Source of the DNA: Bacillota bacterium
GTDB lineage: Bacteria; Bacillota; SHA-98; UBA4971
Direction of reading: 5' to 3'
DNA length: 64,000 nt
Assembly (NCBI GenBank): GCA_012516125.1
Contig: JAAYXB010000027.1
Location: 102,093-166,092 of the forward strand
Positions 29,050-39,706 of this stretch are shown here, piece by piece; within the stretch, counting starts at the first letter, position 1, and each line of letters opens with the position of its first letter. The position numbers were made by a program, and so were the translations under genes. Below the pieces are notes generated by a model. That model was not told the DNA's origin. It worked only from the letters and a program-made list of their open reading frames with translations, and did no database searches.

Positions 29050-30927
29050 ATGACATTTGACGGAATCGTGATGGCCGCTGCCACAGCGGAACTGCGTAAA
29101 CTCCTGGAAGGGGCGAGGGTGGACTCTGTCCACCAGCCGGGGAAGCTTGACGTGCTCATCGTCGCGCGCCAGCCGGGCCGGAGCATCCGGATCATCGCGT
29201 CGGCCGAGGCGTCTTGCGCGCGCGTACATGTGAGCTTCGCCGAGCGCGAGAATCCGCCGGCGCCGCCTGCCTTCTGTATGCTCCTCAGAAAGCATCTAGT
29301 GGGCGCGAGGATCGCCCGGGTGTCCCAGCGAGACCTCGACAGGGTCCTCGAAATCGGCTTTGTGGGACCTTATGATGATCCTCCGAAGACGCTCGTCATA
29401 GAGATAATGGGAAGGCACAGCAACATCATCCTCGTGGACGACGCGTCCGGCCTCGTACTGGACAGCATTAAGCACATCGGCCCCACGCTGAGCCGTGTGC
29501 GTACCGTGCGACCTGGGTCGCCGTACGTGCTCCCGCCGTCCCAGGAAAAGCTGAACCCGCTTCGGGTATCGGCAGGCGAGTTCACGGAAGCGCTCACACG
29601 CTTCGCCGACGACTTTCCGGAGGTTTCCTGCGAGGAGTTCCTGAGCCGCGCTTTCACGGGGGTGGGGCGCGACTCGGCCACGATCATCGCATCCCGGGCG
29701 AGCCTTGCTGGGCCGGGTAGGCCATCGGGGGAGCCTCGCCTTGCCCACCTGGATCCGAACGCCGCCATGCGGTTATGGACCGAACTCGCCGCCGCCATGG
29801 CCTGCGTGCGGGACGGGCGCTTTGCGCCCTGCGCCGGGGTAGACGGGGAGACGGGTGAGGTTACGTGGATATCCGTGATTGGCCCGCCGGCATGGTCGAC
29901 GGCGGCGCGGCCGACCTCGGAGCCGCAGTGGCGTCCGGGACAACGCACGAAACAGGAGCTGGCGCCTGCGTCGGCCTCCGGGTCGTCCGGAGAGACCGTA
30001 CTCGTGTTCCCCAGCATCGGGAGCCTCCTCGACTATGCTTTCACGCCGCGTGAGAAGGCAGTGACCCTCGCCGCCGCGTCATCGGAGATATCCCGCGTGG
30101 TCGCGACCGCCATTGAGAGGCTACGGCGTAAGCTCGCCGCCCAAGAGGAGGAAATCGCGGAGGCCGAGAAAGCGGACGAACTTCGGCGAGCAGGCGAACT
30201 CATCTCGGCAAACGCCCCGTTGATAGAACAGGGTCGATCCCTAGCCCAGGTGGTGGACTACTTCGATCCGGAACTTCGCACGGTCGAGGTGAAGCTCGAT
30301 CCGCGGCTCTCGCCACATGAGAACGCCCAGGAGTACTTCAGGAGGTACTCCCGCGCAAAACGGCGCCTTGCGGCGGCGAGGGAACAGGCGGAAGGTACCC
30401 GCGTTGAGCTTGAGTATTTGGAACAGGTGGCTACCACCATCGAACAGGCGGAAAGCCTCGAAGCCATAGAGGAAATCCGGCGGGAGCTTGCGGACCAGGG
30501 ATACCTCGCCCGACCCAGGCGGGAACGGCCCAGGGGCCAGAAGGGCGGGGCCCCATCCGGGCCGCTCTCCTTCGCTGTGAACGGCCACGAAGTTCTGGTG
30601 GGACGGAACAACACGCAGAACGATGTCCTCACGCTAAAGATGGCGCGCCCTGACGATATCTGGCTGCACGCGCGGGGCGTCCCGGGCGCGCACGTGATAG
30701 TTAGAGTCGGGGCGAAGGGGCCGCAAGGGGTTTCCGACGAAGCCCTGCTCCGCGCGGCAGAGATCGCGGCATACTACAGCAGCGCACGCTCGGCGTCCAA
30801 GGCACCGGTTGACTACACCCTGAGAAAGCACGTCAGGAAGCCACGTGGAGCGCGGCCCGGGATGGTCATCTACGACCACGAGAGGACGATCATGGCGGCC
30901 CCCAGGCCCCCGGGAGAGGTGACCTGA
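29050..30927 (+). CDS. rqcH: RqcH / NFACT family ribosome quality control protein (fibronectin-binding protein A-like)
   Basis: NFACT-N (MTFDGIVMAAATAELRKLLEGARVDSVHQP...), a coiled-coil middle and NFACT-R at the C-terminus. Divergent from the Ca-ATPase as yloA/yloB are in B. subtilis. Start at ATG 29050. Confidence 0.8.
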   Translation: MTFDGIVMAAATAELRKLLEGARVDSVHQPGKLDVLIVARQPGRSIRIIASAEASCARVHVSFAERENPPAPPAFCMLLRKHLVGARIARVSQRDLDRVLEIGFVGPYDDPPKTLVIEIMGRHSNIILVDDASGLVLDSIKHIGPTLSRVRTVRPGSPYVLPPSQEKLNPLRVSAGEFTEALTRFADDFPEVSCEEFLSRAFTGVGRDSATIIASRASLAGPGRPSGEPRLAHLDPNAAMRLWTELAAAMACVRDGRFAPCAGVDGETGEVTWISVIGPPAWSTAARPTSEPQWRPGQRTKQELAPASASGSSGETVLVFPSIGSLLDYAFTPREKAVTLAAASSEISRVVATAIERLRRKLAAQEEEIAEAEKADELRRAGELISANAPLIEQGRSLAQVVDYFDPELRTVEVKLDPRLSPHENAQEYFRRYSRAKRRLAAAREQAEGTRVELEYLEQVATTIEQAESLEAIEEIRRELADQGYLARPRRERPRGQKGGAPSGPLSFAVNGHEVLVGRNNTQNDVLTLKMARPDDIWLHARGVPGAHVIVRVGAKGPQGVSDEALLRAAEIAAYYSSARSASKAPVDYTLRKHVRKPRGARPGMVIYDHERTIMAAPRPPGEVT

Positions 30928-30982
30928 GGGCCGCATCCTCACGCTGCAGCTTGGGCGGCCACATCGTCGCGTTGTCGCATCA

Positions 30983-32113
30983 TCACGCTGTGATCTGGGC
31001 GGCCGCTTCCCGCTCGAGGTCGAGCACGCGTGCGAGCACGCGCTCGCAAAGTCGGTCCACGGCCGCAAAGTCCATGCTTCGCACGTAATAGGCCTGCATC
31101 TCGTCGTGTACCAGCTTGGCCCTGTGAAGGAACTCCGTCGCCCTCCCGAGCGCCTGGTGAAATCTTTCCCTTGAGCCTGCGATGATGTCCTGGTACCTGG
31201 CGAGCACGGCCTTGTCGAGAGCCACCTTCATCTCGACAGTCCTATCGAGCTCCTTCGAAGCGTCGAAGAGATGGGGCCAGGTGCCACTTATCACCGCCAC
31301 CCCGAGGGAGGGAATCACCACGTGATCGACCTTTGACGGATCGAGGGGGCAGTGGTAGAACTCCACGTCGAGGCCGCGCTCTATGGCGGCGTCGCCGACT
31401 TTGCGGGCGAGGGTAGACTTACCTGTCCCGGGCTCGCCTTTCAGGATGTATCTGCGCGGAAGTCTGCCCACGATGGAGTCGAGGTAATGGATAGGCCCGT
31501 CTGGCGAGAGAGCGCTCGCGAAAAGGTGCCTCGACCGCCCGGGGACAGGGGACACGGGCTTATCCCCGAAGATGCCGCGCTTCATTTCGTCCGCCATGCA
31601 GTTGGCGTAGCCGAAGTCCAGCGCTTCGGTGTAGCACGCCTCCCAGTCATCGTGGACGATCTTTGCCTCTTTCAGGTAACGGAAGGCACGCTCGAAAAGG
31701 CGGGAGACCTCGCTGTTGGCGTCCATTATCTCGCGCTTTGACGCGCGAAGCGCGTTCTCGTTCCAGAAATCCCCGAGGTTTATGATCTCGTCCACCGCGC
31801 CTGGGTTTTTCGGATCGACGACGTGGGGGGCAGTGCCGTCGATGAGAGCGAGACCCAGATCATGCACTGCCACACCGTCAAGCGAATCGTTGTCCGACGA
31901 GCAGCAGAGGAACTCCACGTCGTAGCCCATGTCGACGAACCTCTGGCCGATCTTCCTCATGAGGGTGGACTTTCCGACCCCCGGCCCGCCCTTTACGATT
32001 ATGATCTTGTTCGCATCGGGCCTAATGATATACTCGTAGAATGAGAAAAACCCCTCCGGCGTGTTCGCTCCGGGGAACACCTTCTTTACCCATCCTCTGC
32101 CATGGGACTTCAT
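30983..32113 (-). CDS. tandem P-loop NTPase of unknown function (two Walker-A domains)
   Basis: Two repeated halves, each with a Walker A (GGPGVGKSTLMRKIG and GEPGTGKSTLARKVG) followed by DVEF(L/Y)(C/H)C and a DxxxG(T/V)AxHxxDP-like motif. Start at ATG 32113. Confidence 0.6.
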   Translation of the reverse strand: MKSHGRGWVKKVFPGANTPEGFFSFYEYIIRPDANKIIIVKGGPGVGKSTLMRKIGQRFVDMGYDVEFLCCSSDNDSLDGVAVHDLGLALIDGTAPHVVDPKNPGAVDEIINLGDFWNENALRASKREIMDANSEVSRLFERAFRYLKEAKIVHDDWEACYTEALDFGYANCMADEMKRGIFGDKPVSPVPGRSRHLFASALSPDGPIHYLDSIVGRLPRRYILKGEPGTGKSTLARKVGDAAIERGLDVEFYHCPLDPSKVDHVVIPSLGVAVISGTWPHLFDASKELDRTVEMKVALDKAVLARYQDIIAGSRERFHQALGRATEFLHRAKLVHDEMQAYYVRSMDFAAVDRLCERVLARVLDLEREAAAQITA

Positions 32114-32389
32114 GCTATCCCTCCCTTGTGCGCCTTTTTCCCGGGCGTCCGCCCGGCTATACGGGGGCCGGGAACGCCCGCGCGGCAGGACACAATCTAC
32201 AGGCAGGACACAGTCTACAGCATGATATTGAGGCGCGGAGGAGTAGGTGCTTGGGCACCAACGCCATCTCACATCATGATTCTGTCCACTTCATGGCATC
32301 GCTGCTCGGTAAAGCTCCGGAAGTAAAGCCCCGGAAGACGGCGGCTGTGGACAGTTAAACTGACGGCTACTTGGTAAGACTAGCAGGCA

Positions 32390-32506
32390 CGTAGAGAGAT
32401 TGCTCCCGACCTTTGGAAGGGGTTGCCGGTGACTCGAAGAGAGAGTTCAACACCGGCAACCCATCAGATGCTGACAAGCCGCGAGCAACTAACGAACCGT
32501 GGGTTA
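32390..32506 (+). repeat. MITE-like repeat, copy F (short variant)
   Basis: GATTGCTCCCGACCTTTGGAAGGGGTTGCCGGTGACTCGAAGAGAGAGTTCAACACCGGCAACCCATCAG...GGGTTAG is highly similar to copy E. The terminal TTAG overlaps the purB stop codon (32504-32506). Confidence 0.55.
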
Positions 32507-33796
32507 GACCCCGACCCGACGAAAGATATCGTCGATGTGGGCGAGGTGTCTCGAGAGGTCGAAACAAGCCTCTATATCGGTGGGCTTCAGCACGGCGGTG
32601 ATCTCGGGGTCGCCAGAGATGAGCTCCTTGAAGTTCAGCCCTTCGTCCCAGGCCCGGGCGGCGTTCCGCTGCACGAGCGCGTACGCGTGCTCACGGCTAA
32701 GCCCGCGCCCCACGAGGGCCAGCATCACAGCCTCGGAGAATACGAGGCCGCCCGTCATCTCGAGGTTGGCCTGCATTCTGTCCTTTCTTACAACGAGGCC
32801 CTCCATTACCTCGGCGAACTTCCGAAGCATGTAATCCATGAGGGTGGTCGCGTCGGGGAGCACGATCCTCTCAACAGAGGAGTTGCTGATGTCTCGCTCA
32901 TGCCACAGGGGCGTGTTTTCCATAGCAGCCATGGCGTACCCCCGCATCACTCTCGCGAGACCGGTGATCCGCTCTGAAACGATAGGATTGCGCTTGTGCG
33001 GCATGGCCGAGGACCCTTTCTGGCCCGGCCTGAACGGCTCCTGCACCTCGAATACCTCGGTGCGCTGGAGACCCCGTATCTCGGTGGCGAACTTCTCCAG
33101 GGAGCTGGCGATGATGGCGAGGGTGGTGACGTATTCTGCGTGGCGGTCGCGCGAGAGCACCTGGGTTGAGGCCTTCGCAGCCTCGAGCCCAAGCTTGCTG
33201 CATACATACTCCTCGACCCTCGGGTCCATGCTCGCATAGGTGCCGACGGCGCCCGAGATCCTGCCCACGCTCACCACCTCGCGTGCCCTCTGCATCCTCG
33301 CGAGATTGCGGCGCATCTCGGCGACCCAGACCGCCAGCTTGAGCCCGAAGGTGATAGGCTCGGCATGCACGCCGTGAGTCCTGCCGACCATGGGCGTGTT
33401 CTTGTATTCCCGAGCCTTCTCGGCAAGGACGTCGATGACCTTGCGGATGTCCCGAATGATTATGTCCGCGGCGTCCCGCAGGAGCAGCGAGAGGGCGGTA
33501 TCCACCACGTCGTACGACGTCATGCCCATGTGGATGTAGCGTGCCTCGGGGCCGACGTTCTCTGATACGTTCGTGAGGAACGCTATGACGTCGTGGTCGA
33601 CTATCGCCTCTATCTCGCGAATCCTCGCGATGTCGAACCGAGCCTTTTCCCTGATGGCCTCAACGGCGTCCGCCGGCACTCGCCCTATGCTCGCCCAGCC
33701 CTCGCAGGCCAGGATCTCGATCTCCAGCCATTTCCTGTAGCGGTTCTCTGGCTCCCAGAGTTGCTTCATCTCGGGATACGTGTAACGCTCTATCAT
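32504..33796 (-). CDS. purB: adenylosuccinate lyase
   Basis: MIERYTYPEMKQLWEPENRYRKWLEIEILACEGWA plus the fumarate-lyase signature region. Start at ATG near 33796 with GGAGG RBS. The ORF-track 49-aa N-terminal extension is artefact. Confidence 0.9.
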   Translation of the reverse strand: MIERYTYPEMKQLWEPENRYRKWLEIEILACEGWASIGRVPADAVEAIREKARFDIARIREIEAIVDHDVIAFLTNVSENVGPEARYIHMGMTSYDVVDTALSLLLRDAADIIIRDIRKVIDVLAEKAREYKNTPMVGRTHGVHAEPITFGLKLAVWVAEMRRNLARMQRAREVVSVGRISGAVGTYASMDPRVEEYVCSKLGLEAAKASTQVLSRDRHAEYVTTLAIIASSLEKFATEIRGLQRTEVFEVQEPFRPGQKGSSAMPHKRNPIVSERITGLARVMRGYAMAAMENTPLWHERDISNSSVERIVLPDATTLMDYMLRKFAEVMEGLVVRKDRMQANLEMTGGLVFSEAVMLALVGRGLSREHAYALVQRNAARAWDEGLNFKELISGDPEITAVLKPTDIEACFDLSRHLAHIDDIFRRVGV

Positions 33797-33949
33797 GCCA
33801 TGTCGCCTCCGATGCTTCGACGCGTTGGCCGCGCCCGTACCGCCCGTACCGCCGCGGCCCCCTGGGTTGGCTTCTCCTTGGCTTCTCCCGTCGCCCGCTT
33901 CCGAACCCCGAACCCCGTTCGAACCCCGGCTCACAGCCGGCACTGGACT

Positions 33950-34573
33950 TTACTCGGGCCCAAGGCGCCTTGACCCCGGGTCGACCAGTGGTACATTCTC
34001 TCCGCAGAGGGGGCATTCCTCTGGGACATAAGTCTCAAATTCCACCCTGACGAGCCGCTCGGTCCGGACGCCGAAATCCGCCTGCCCCCTGCTCCTATCC
34101 ACGATCATCCCGACGCCCGCGACTTCGCCGCCCTTCTCGGCCACGAGGTCCAGGACTTCCCTGACGGAAAGCCCGGTTGTCACAACATCCTCCACCACGA
34201 GGACCCGCTCGCCCGGCGCTATCGTAAACCCCCGGCGAAGGATCCGCCGGCCGCCCTCTCTTTCAGCGAATATGGCTCTCGCCCCGAGGCTACGCGCTAC
34301 CTCATAGGCGATGATGATCCCGCCTGTGGTGGGTCCTATGACGACGCTTACGGCGTCGCGCCTGAACCTATCCGCGAGGTGGCGAAGCACCTTCTCGGCG
34401 AGTTCGGGACGCTCGAGGAGCCGGAACTTCTCGATGTAGACTGGGCTGTGCAGCCCCGAGCTCAGCTTGAAGTGCCCCGTCAGGTACGCCCCGGTCTCCT
34501 TCAGGACCGCGAGCACCTCGTCTGAAATCGCTGATGCTAATGAAGTGGTTGAACTGGTCCTAGCCTGTCGCAT
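33950..34573 (-). CDS. pyrE: orotate phosphoribosyltransferase
   Basis: PRTase motif VLVVEDVVTTGLS. Last gene of the pyr operon. Confidence 0.85.
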   Translation of the reverse strand: MRQARTSSTTSLASAISDEVLAVLKETGAYLTGHFKLSSGLHSPVYIEKFRLLERPELAEKVLRHLADRFRRDAVSVVIGPTTGGIIIAYEVARSLGARAIFAEREGGRRILRRGFTIAPGERVLVVEDVVTTGLSVREVLDLVAEKGGEVAGVGMIVDRSRGQADFGVRTERLVRVEFETYVPEECPLCGENVPLVDPGSRRLGPE

Positions 34574-35306
34574 CCCGCCTCGCCTCCCTCACCTCGTCGA
34601 GAAGTCTTGCGGCCGCGTCCCTCGGGGAGCGAGCCCGCGTGATGGGCCTACCCACCACAAGGTAGTCCGCGCCGGCGAGCACCGCCTGCCGCGGTGTCAT
34701 ACATCTCCTCTGGTCATGCGGGTCGGCGGCCCAGGCAGGTCTCACGCCAGGGACCACCGTGATGAAATCGCGGCCGCACGCCTTACGTATCGCGTCCACC
34801 TCAAACGCCGATGCGACCACGCCGTCAAGCCCACTCTCCTTCGCAAGACGCGCCATCCGGACAACGTGCTCTACGAGACTGCAATCGCACCCCGGGGCGA
34901 TTTCCCGCGAGAAAACCTCCCCGTCTATGCTTGTAAGAAGGGTCACCGCTATAACCTTCGGCGGCCGGACCCCCCGCGCCTGGGCCGCTCCCCGCACGGC
35001 AGCGAGTCCTTCCCTCATCATCCCGGACCCGCCGAAGGCGTGCACGTCAAGGATGTCCACCCCGGGCCTCGCCAGCGCGGCCATGGCCCGTCCCACCGTG
35101 ACGGGGATGTCGTGCAGCTTGAGGTCGAGGAATATCTTCGCCCCGAGGGCCGCAAGTCTGTCGATGATCCCCGCGCCACACGAGTAGAAAAGCTCCATGC
35201 CCACTTTGTACATAGTGATCTCCGGCATGAGTCGGTCCACCAGTGAGAGGGCCTCATCCGGGCTGTTCGTGTCAAGAGCTACTATGATCTCACTGTTCTC
35301 CTCCAT
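34560..35306 (-). CDS. pyrF: orotidine 5'-phosphate decarboxylase
   Basis: MEENSEIIVALDTNSPDEALSLVDRLMPEITMYKVGMELFY, with the catalytic DLK and lysine region. Start at ATG 35306, overlapping the pyrD end. Confidence 0.85.
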   Translation of the reverse strand: MEENSEIIVALDTNSPDEALSLVDRLMPEITMYKVGMELFYSCGAGIIDRLAALGAKIFLDLKLHDIPVTVGRAMAALARPGVDILDVHAFGGSGMMREGLAAVRGAAQARGVRPPKVIAVTLLTSIDGEVFSREIAPGCDCSLVEHVVRMARLAKESGLDGVVASAFEVDAIRKACGRDFITVVPGVRPAWAADPHDQRRCMTPRQAVLAGADYLVVGRPITRARSPRDAAARLLDEVREARRDATG

Positions 35307-36324
35307 GGCTTCGCCCCTTCCCTGTGGCAAAGTCGTCTTTCGCTTTGCGCTCTTTCGGTTCGTACACGCATGCTTCGTCGGAGTGGGATCCCGCGGCGTG
35401 ACCGGCATGGCCCTTTGCGAGGCCAACGAGATCGGTTGCAGCCCGAATCCCTCGCTCTTCCAGATAGGACCTGATGCCCTCGACGACCTCGAGGCAGGCC
35501 ACGGGTGAAATGAAGTTCCCTGTGCCGATGGCGACCGCGCTCGCACCCGCGAGGAGGAACTCGATGGCGTCCTGGGGAGAGCATATCCCGCCGATGCCCA
35601 CGACAGGTATCCTCACCGCAGACGCCGCCTCCCACACAGCCCGCAGCGCAAGCGGCTTTATCGCGGGGCCCGAGAGTCCCGCAAAGACCCGCGAGAACAC
35701 GGGCCTGATCCGTTCGGAATCGATGGCAATACCGAGGTAGGTGTTCACGCACGACACCGCGTCCGCCCCACCCATCTCCGCCGCCTGGGCCGTGCCCGCG
35801 ATGCCGGCGACGTTGGGGGAAAGTTTCACAATGAGCGTTTTCCCGGTGACCCGTCGGACGGCCGCCGTCACCCTGTACACCGACTCAGGGTCGCTTGCGA
35901 ACGGTCGCCCGCCCGCGTGGATGTTGGGGCATGAGACGTTGACTTCGAGCCCGTCCACCCCGGGCGCATCCTCGAGGCAGGACGCAAGCTCGCAGAACTC
36001 CGCAAGCGAATCGCCTGAAATGTTCACGATGACAGGAACCCCGTATGCGGCTAGCCTGGGTGCCTCATCTCTAATGAACGCCGCAACCCCGGGGTTCTGG
36101 AGACCTACGGAGTTGAGAAGCCCGCATGGCGTCTCCCACAACCTCGGGGGCGGGTTGCCTGCCCGTGGCTTGAGAGTGATGCCCTTGGTCACGATCGCTC
36201 CGAGCGCGGATATGTCAAACACGCGGTCGAACTCGCGCCCGAATCCGAAAGTGCCCGATGCCGCCATCACCGGGTTTTTCATCTTGATAGCGCCGATGGT
36301 AACCGCGAGGTCAGCCGATGCCAT
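35290..36324 (-). CDS. pyrD: dihydroorotate dehydrogenase catalytic subunit (class 1B)
   Basis: MASADLAVTIGAIKMKNPVMAASGTFGFGREF..., with an NVSCPN active-site region. About 35-aa Lys/Gly-rich C-terminal tail. Confidence 0.9.
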   Translation of the reverse strand: MASADLAVTIGAIKMKNPVMAASGTFGFGREFDRVFDISALGAIVTKGITLKPRAGNPPPRLWETPCGLLNSVGLQNPGVAAFIRDEAPRLAAYGVPVIVNISGDSLAEFCELASCLEDAPGVDGLEVNVSCPNIHAGGRPFASDPESVYRVTAAVRRVTGKTLIVKLSPNVAGIAGTAQAAEMGGADAVSCVNTYLGIAIDSERIRPVFSRVFAGLSGPAIKPLALRAVWEAASAVRIPVVGIGGICSPQDAIEFLLAGASAVAIGTGNFISPVACLEVVEGIRSYLEERGIRAATDLVGLAKGHAGHAAGSHSDEACVYEPKERKAKDDFATGKGRSHGGEQ

Positions 36325-37357
36325 CGAGATCCACCTCCTCCGCCCAGAACACGGGGCCGTCGGCGCACACACGAAGGTACCCTGCGCGCCCGCTTCGGGT
36401 GGCGGCCTCCCTCGCCTTTACGGCACATCCGAGGCACGCGCCGAGACCGCACGCCATCCGTGCTTCCAGGCTAACCTGGACGGGCACGTGGAATGCCTCC
36501 CCCAGCCTTGCCACCTCGCGAAGCATGCCGGCAGGGCCGCAGGCGTAGGCGCACGCGATGTCGCCGCCTGCAAGCACGTCTCGGAGGGCGTCGGTCACAA
36601 GCCCTCTCCGCCCCACGGACCCGTCCTCCGTCACCACCTGGACCTCGCAGCACGGCCCAGTATAGCCCGTGGCCATGTCGCACCCACTCGGCGGCAGATG
36701 CGCGCCCTGCACGATTCCGGGACTTGCAGGTTCGGGATTCGCGGGGCACCCGGAAAGCAGGGCATTCCCGCATGATGCCCGCGGAATCAAGTCGAGGCCT
36801 GCAAGGAGTTCGCCGCTGCGCGCTCCAACGACGAACACAAACCCCACGCCGGAGCGAAAGATGGCATGGCTCAGCATGATCAGGGGGGCGATTCCGAGCC
36901 CTCCGGCCACCAGGGCCACCTTCACCGTCCCGCTTCCGCTGCCAACGCTGCCAATACCATTGCCGCCCTCGCTCTCACGGCTGTTGTTCCCAACGCTGCC
37001 TTCGTTTCCACCGCCGCCGACGCGAAGCATCTCGAAGCCTCTTCCCAGCGGCCCCAACACGTCGAGTTTGTCGCCCGGGCGAAGGGTCGAAAGCATTCTC
37101 GTCCCCCTGCCGACCACCTGATAGAGGATGAGAAAAGCGCCATGGGACGGTTCCACCTGGCACACGCTGAACGGGCGCCTCAAGAGCGGGTCGAGGGGCG
37201 GACCAGGGATGCGGACGTGAACGAACTGGCCCGGCACCGCGCAACGCGCGATATACTCATTCTCGAGCCGCATCCGGTAGCATCCGGGTCCTACCTGCCG
37301 GTTTTCCAGCACGATGGCTGTCGATGCTGCCGGTGCTGACCCCAAACATTCCCTCAT
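36311..37357 (-). CDS. pyrK: dihydroorotate dehydrogenase electron transfer subunit
   Basis: FAD/NAD-binding beta-barrel (RRPFSVCQ) and a C-terminal 2Fe-2S cluster (CGLGACLGC). Contains a Gly/Ser/Asn-rich insertion of about 45 aa (GGGGNEGSVGNNSRESEGGNGIGSVGSGSG). Confidence 0.8.
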   Translation of the reverse strand: MRECLGSAPAASTAIVLENRQVGPGCYRMRLENEYIARCAVPGQFVHVRIPGPPLDPLLRRPFSVCQVEPSHGAFLILYQVVGRGTRMLSTLRPGDKLDVLGPLGRGFEMLRVGGGGNEGSVGNNSRESEGGNGIGSVGSGSGTVKVALVAGGLGIAPLIMLSHAIFRSGVGFVFVVGARSGELLAGLDLIPRASCGNALLSGCPANPEPASPGIVQGAHLPPSGCDMATGYTGPCCEVQVVTEDGSVGRRGLVTDALRDVLAGGDIACAYACGPAGMLREVARLGEAFHVPVQVSLEARMACGLGACLGCAVKAREAATRSGRAGYLRVCADGPVFWAEEVDLDGIG

Positions 37358-37365
37358 CGCGGCAT

Positions 37366-38650
37366 CTAGAAACCCCCAGCCTCATACGCGAGCCGACCCG
37401 CAACTACAGTGGCGACCACCTTCCCGAAAAGCCGCCACCCACCAAACGGCGTGTTGCGCGAAAGCGAGGCAAACCGGGCAGGGTCAACCACGAAACTCGC
37501 ATCGGGGTCGAGCACTGTAACGTTAGCCTCCGCGCCAGGCACGATCCCCGGCCAGTCAAGCCCGAGGATCCTCGCAGGAGCATACGACATCCTCTCCACA
37601 AGCTGCCCAAGGGTGAGAATGCCCGGCCTGACAAGCTCGGTGACGGCGAGGGACAGCGAAGTCTCCAGTCCGATCATGCCGAACGCAGCAAGTTCGTATT
37701 CCACCTCTTTCTCCTCCGCCGTGTGGGGTGCGTGGTCAGACGCAATCACGTCTATCGTTCCGTCCGCAAGGCCCTGACGCAAGGCCTCCACGTCCCGCGC
37801 CGTGCGGAGGGGCGGGTTCACCTTGGTGTTTGTGTCGTATCCCGCCACTGCCTCGTCCGTGAGCGTGAAATGATGGGGCGTGGCCTCGCAAGTCACCAGG
37901 ATGCCCTTCTCCTTTGCGCGCCGAATAAGCTCCACGGACCCGGCGGTGCTCACGTGGGCGATGTGGAGTCTGGCCCCGGCAAGCTGAGCGAGGAAGATGT
38001 CCCTCGCCACCATGGTCTCCTCCGCGGCTGCCGGGATGCCAGGCAGGCCCAGCCTGGTGGACCAGTAACCCTCGTTGATGGCCCCGCCCGCTGAAAGCTC
38101 CATATCCTCGGCGTGGGATATCACAGGCATGCCGAACATGCTTGCGTACTCCATGGCATGACGCATAACCCTGGAATTCGTCACAGCATGGCCGTCATCG
38201 GATATCGCCACCGCCCCTGCGCGACGAAGCTCGCCTATCTCGGCGAGTTCGGCCCCGCCAAGGCCTTTCGTGATGGCCCCTACTGGAAGAACCCTGACGT
38301 GACCGGTCTCCCGGGCCCTCGACAGCACAAACCTCACGGCCGCCCCGGTGTCGAGGGGCGGGTCGGTGTTGGGCATGCACGCCACCGCCACAAACCCTCC
38401 CCTCGCCGCGGCGAGGGTGCCGGTCTTGATGGTCTCCTCGTCCTCTCTGCCGGGCTCGCGCAGGTGCACGTGCATGTCGATAAGGCCGGGCAGCACCGCT
38501 TTTCCTGACACGTCAAGGACCCGAGCGTCCTCCGCGTCGATAGCTATATCGACCGCGAGTACCTTTCCCTCTTCCACGAGTACGTCCATCGTCTCGTCCA
38601 GGCCGTTTCGCGGATCTACCACGCGGCCTCCCTTAAGCAGCAATTTCACC
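37366..38650 (-). CDS. pyrC: dihydroorotase
   Basis: [16 protein letters not shown]..., the [10 protein letters not shown] metal-binding motif and an amidohydrolase fold. GTG start at 38650 with AGGAGGAGGG upstream. The ORF-track 83-aa extension is artefact. Confidence 0.85.
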
Positions 38651-39574
38651 AGCTTTCCCTCCTCCTGAGAGCAGATAGAGCACAGCCATGCGGCACGCGA
38701 CGCCGTTGGTGACCTGCTCGTGTACGGCCGCGCTCGGGCTTTCGGCAACCTCCTCCGTAATCTCGACCCCGAGGTTCGCAGGCCCCGGGTGCAGGATGAG
38801 GACGCCGGGCTTGCACTTTTCGACTCTCTCGCGAGTGAGGCCGTACAGGTCGGAGTACTCACGAATGCTCGGGAGAAGCCCTTTCTTCTGCCTCTCAAGC
38901 TGGAGCCTGAGGACGTTCACGACGTCGGCGTCGGCCAGGGCCTCGCCGAGGTCGCACGTGACCTCAACGCCCATGCGGGAGATCTCCGGGGGAATGAGGG
39001 TCCTCGGGCCGCACACCGTCACGTGAGCGCCCAGCTTCACAAGCCCCCATATGTTGGACCTGGCGACGCGGCTGTGCAGGATGTCACCGACGATGGTCAC
39101 TTTGAGACCCTCGATGCGCCCCAACCGCTCCCTGATGGTGAAGAGGTCGAGGAGAGCCTGCGTGGGATGCTCGTGACGGCCGTCCCCAGCGTTTATCACC
39201 GAAGCCTTCACGGTGCGCGCCACCAGGTGGGGCGCACCGGCCATCTGGTGGCGGATGACTATGAAGTTGGCGCCGAGGGCCTCAAGGGTCCTCGCGGTGT
39301 CCTTGAGGTTTTCGCCTTTCGCCACGCTGCTCGTTGACGTGGCAATGTTCGTGACATCCGCGCTCATCCACTTACCGGCAAGCTCGAAGGACGTCCTCGT
39401 CCTCGTGCTCGGCTCGTAGAAGAGGTTCACCATGGTCTTGCCCCGCAGGGTGGGCAGCTTCTTGATGTCGCGCGTGAATATCTCCTTCATCGGCACGGCG
39501 GTATCCAGAATGAGCTCGATCTCCTCGCGCTCAAGGTACTCGAGACCCAACAGGTCTTTCTGTCTGAGTGGCAT
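38633..39574 (-). CDS. pyrB: aspartate carbamoyltransferase catalytic subunit
   Basis: [26 protein letters not shown]..., STRTR and HPTQ motifs. ATG 39574 with AAGGAGGAGG RBS. Confidence 0.9.
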   Translation of the reverse strand: MPLRQKDLLGLEYLEREEIELILDTAVPMKEIFTRDIKKLPTLRGKTMVNLFYEPSTRTRTSFELAGKWMSADVTNIATSTSSVAKGENLKDTARTLEALGANFIVIRHQMAGAPHLVARTVKASVINAGDGRHEHPTQALLDLFTIRERLGRIEGLKVTIVGDILHSRVARSNIWGLVKLGAHVTVCGPRTLIPPEISRMGVEVTCDLGEALADADVVNVLRLQLERQKKGLLPSIREYSDLYGLTRERVEKCKPGVLILHPGPANLGVEITEEVAESPSAAVHEQVTNGVACRMAVLYLLSGGGKAGEIAA

Positions 39575-39706
39575 CGTGTGCCTCCTCCTTTGCTCGGAAT
39601 CCCGCGCAACGCATCGCAGGGGCAGGGGCTGCAGATCGCGTCGTGTCAATGTGTAGCTTCTCCGTCATGCACCGTATCCCTCAGCCTCAATGTCCGTACA
39701 GCGAAA

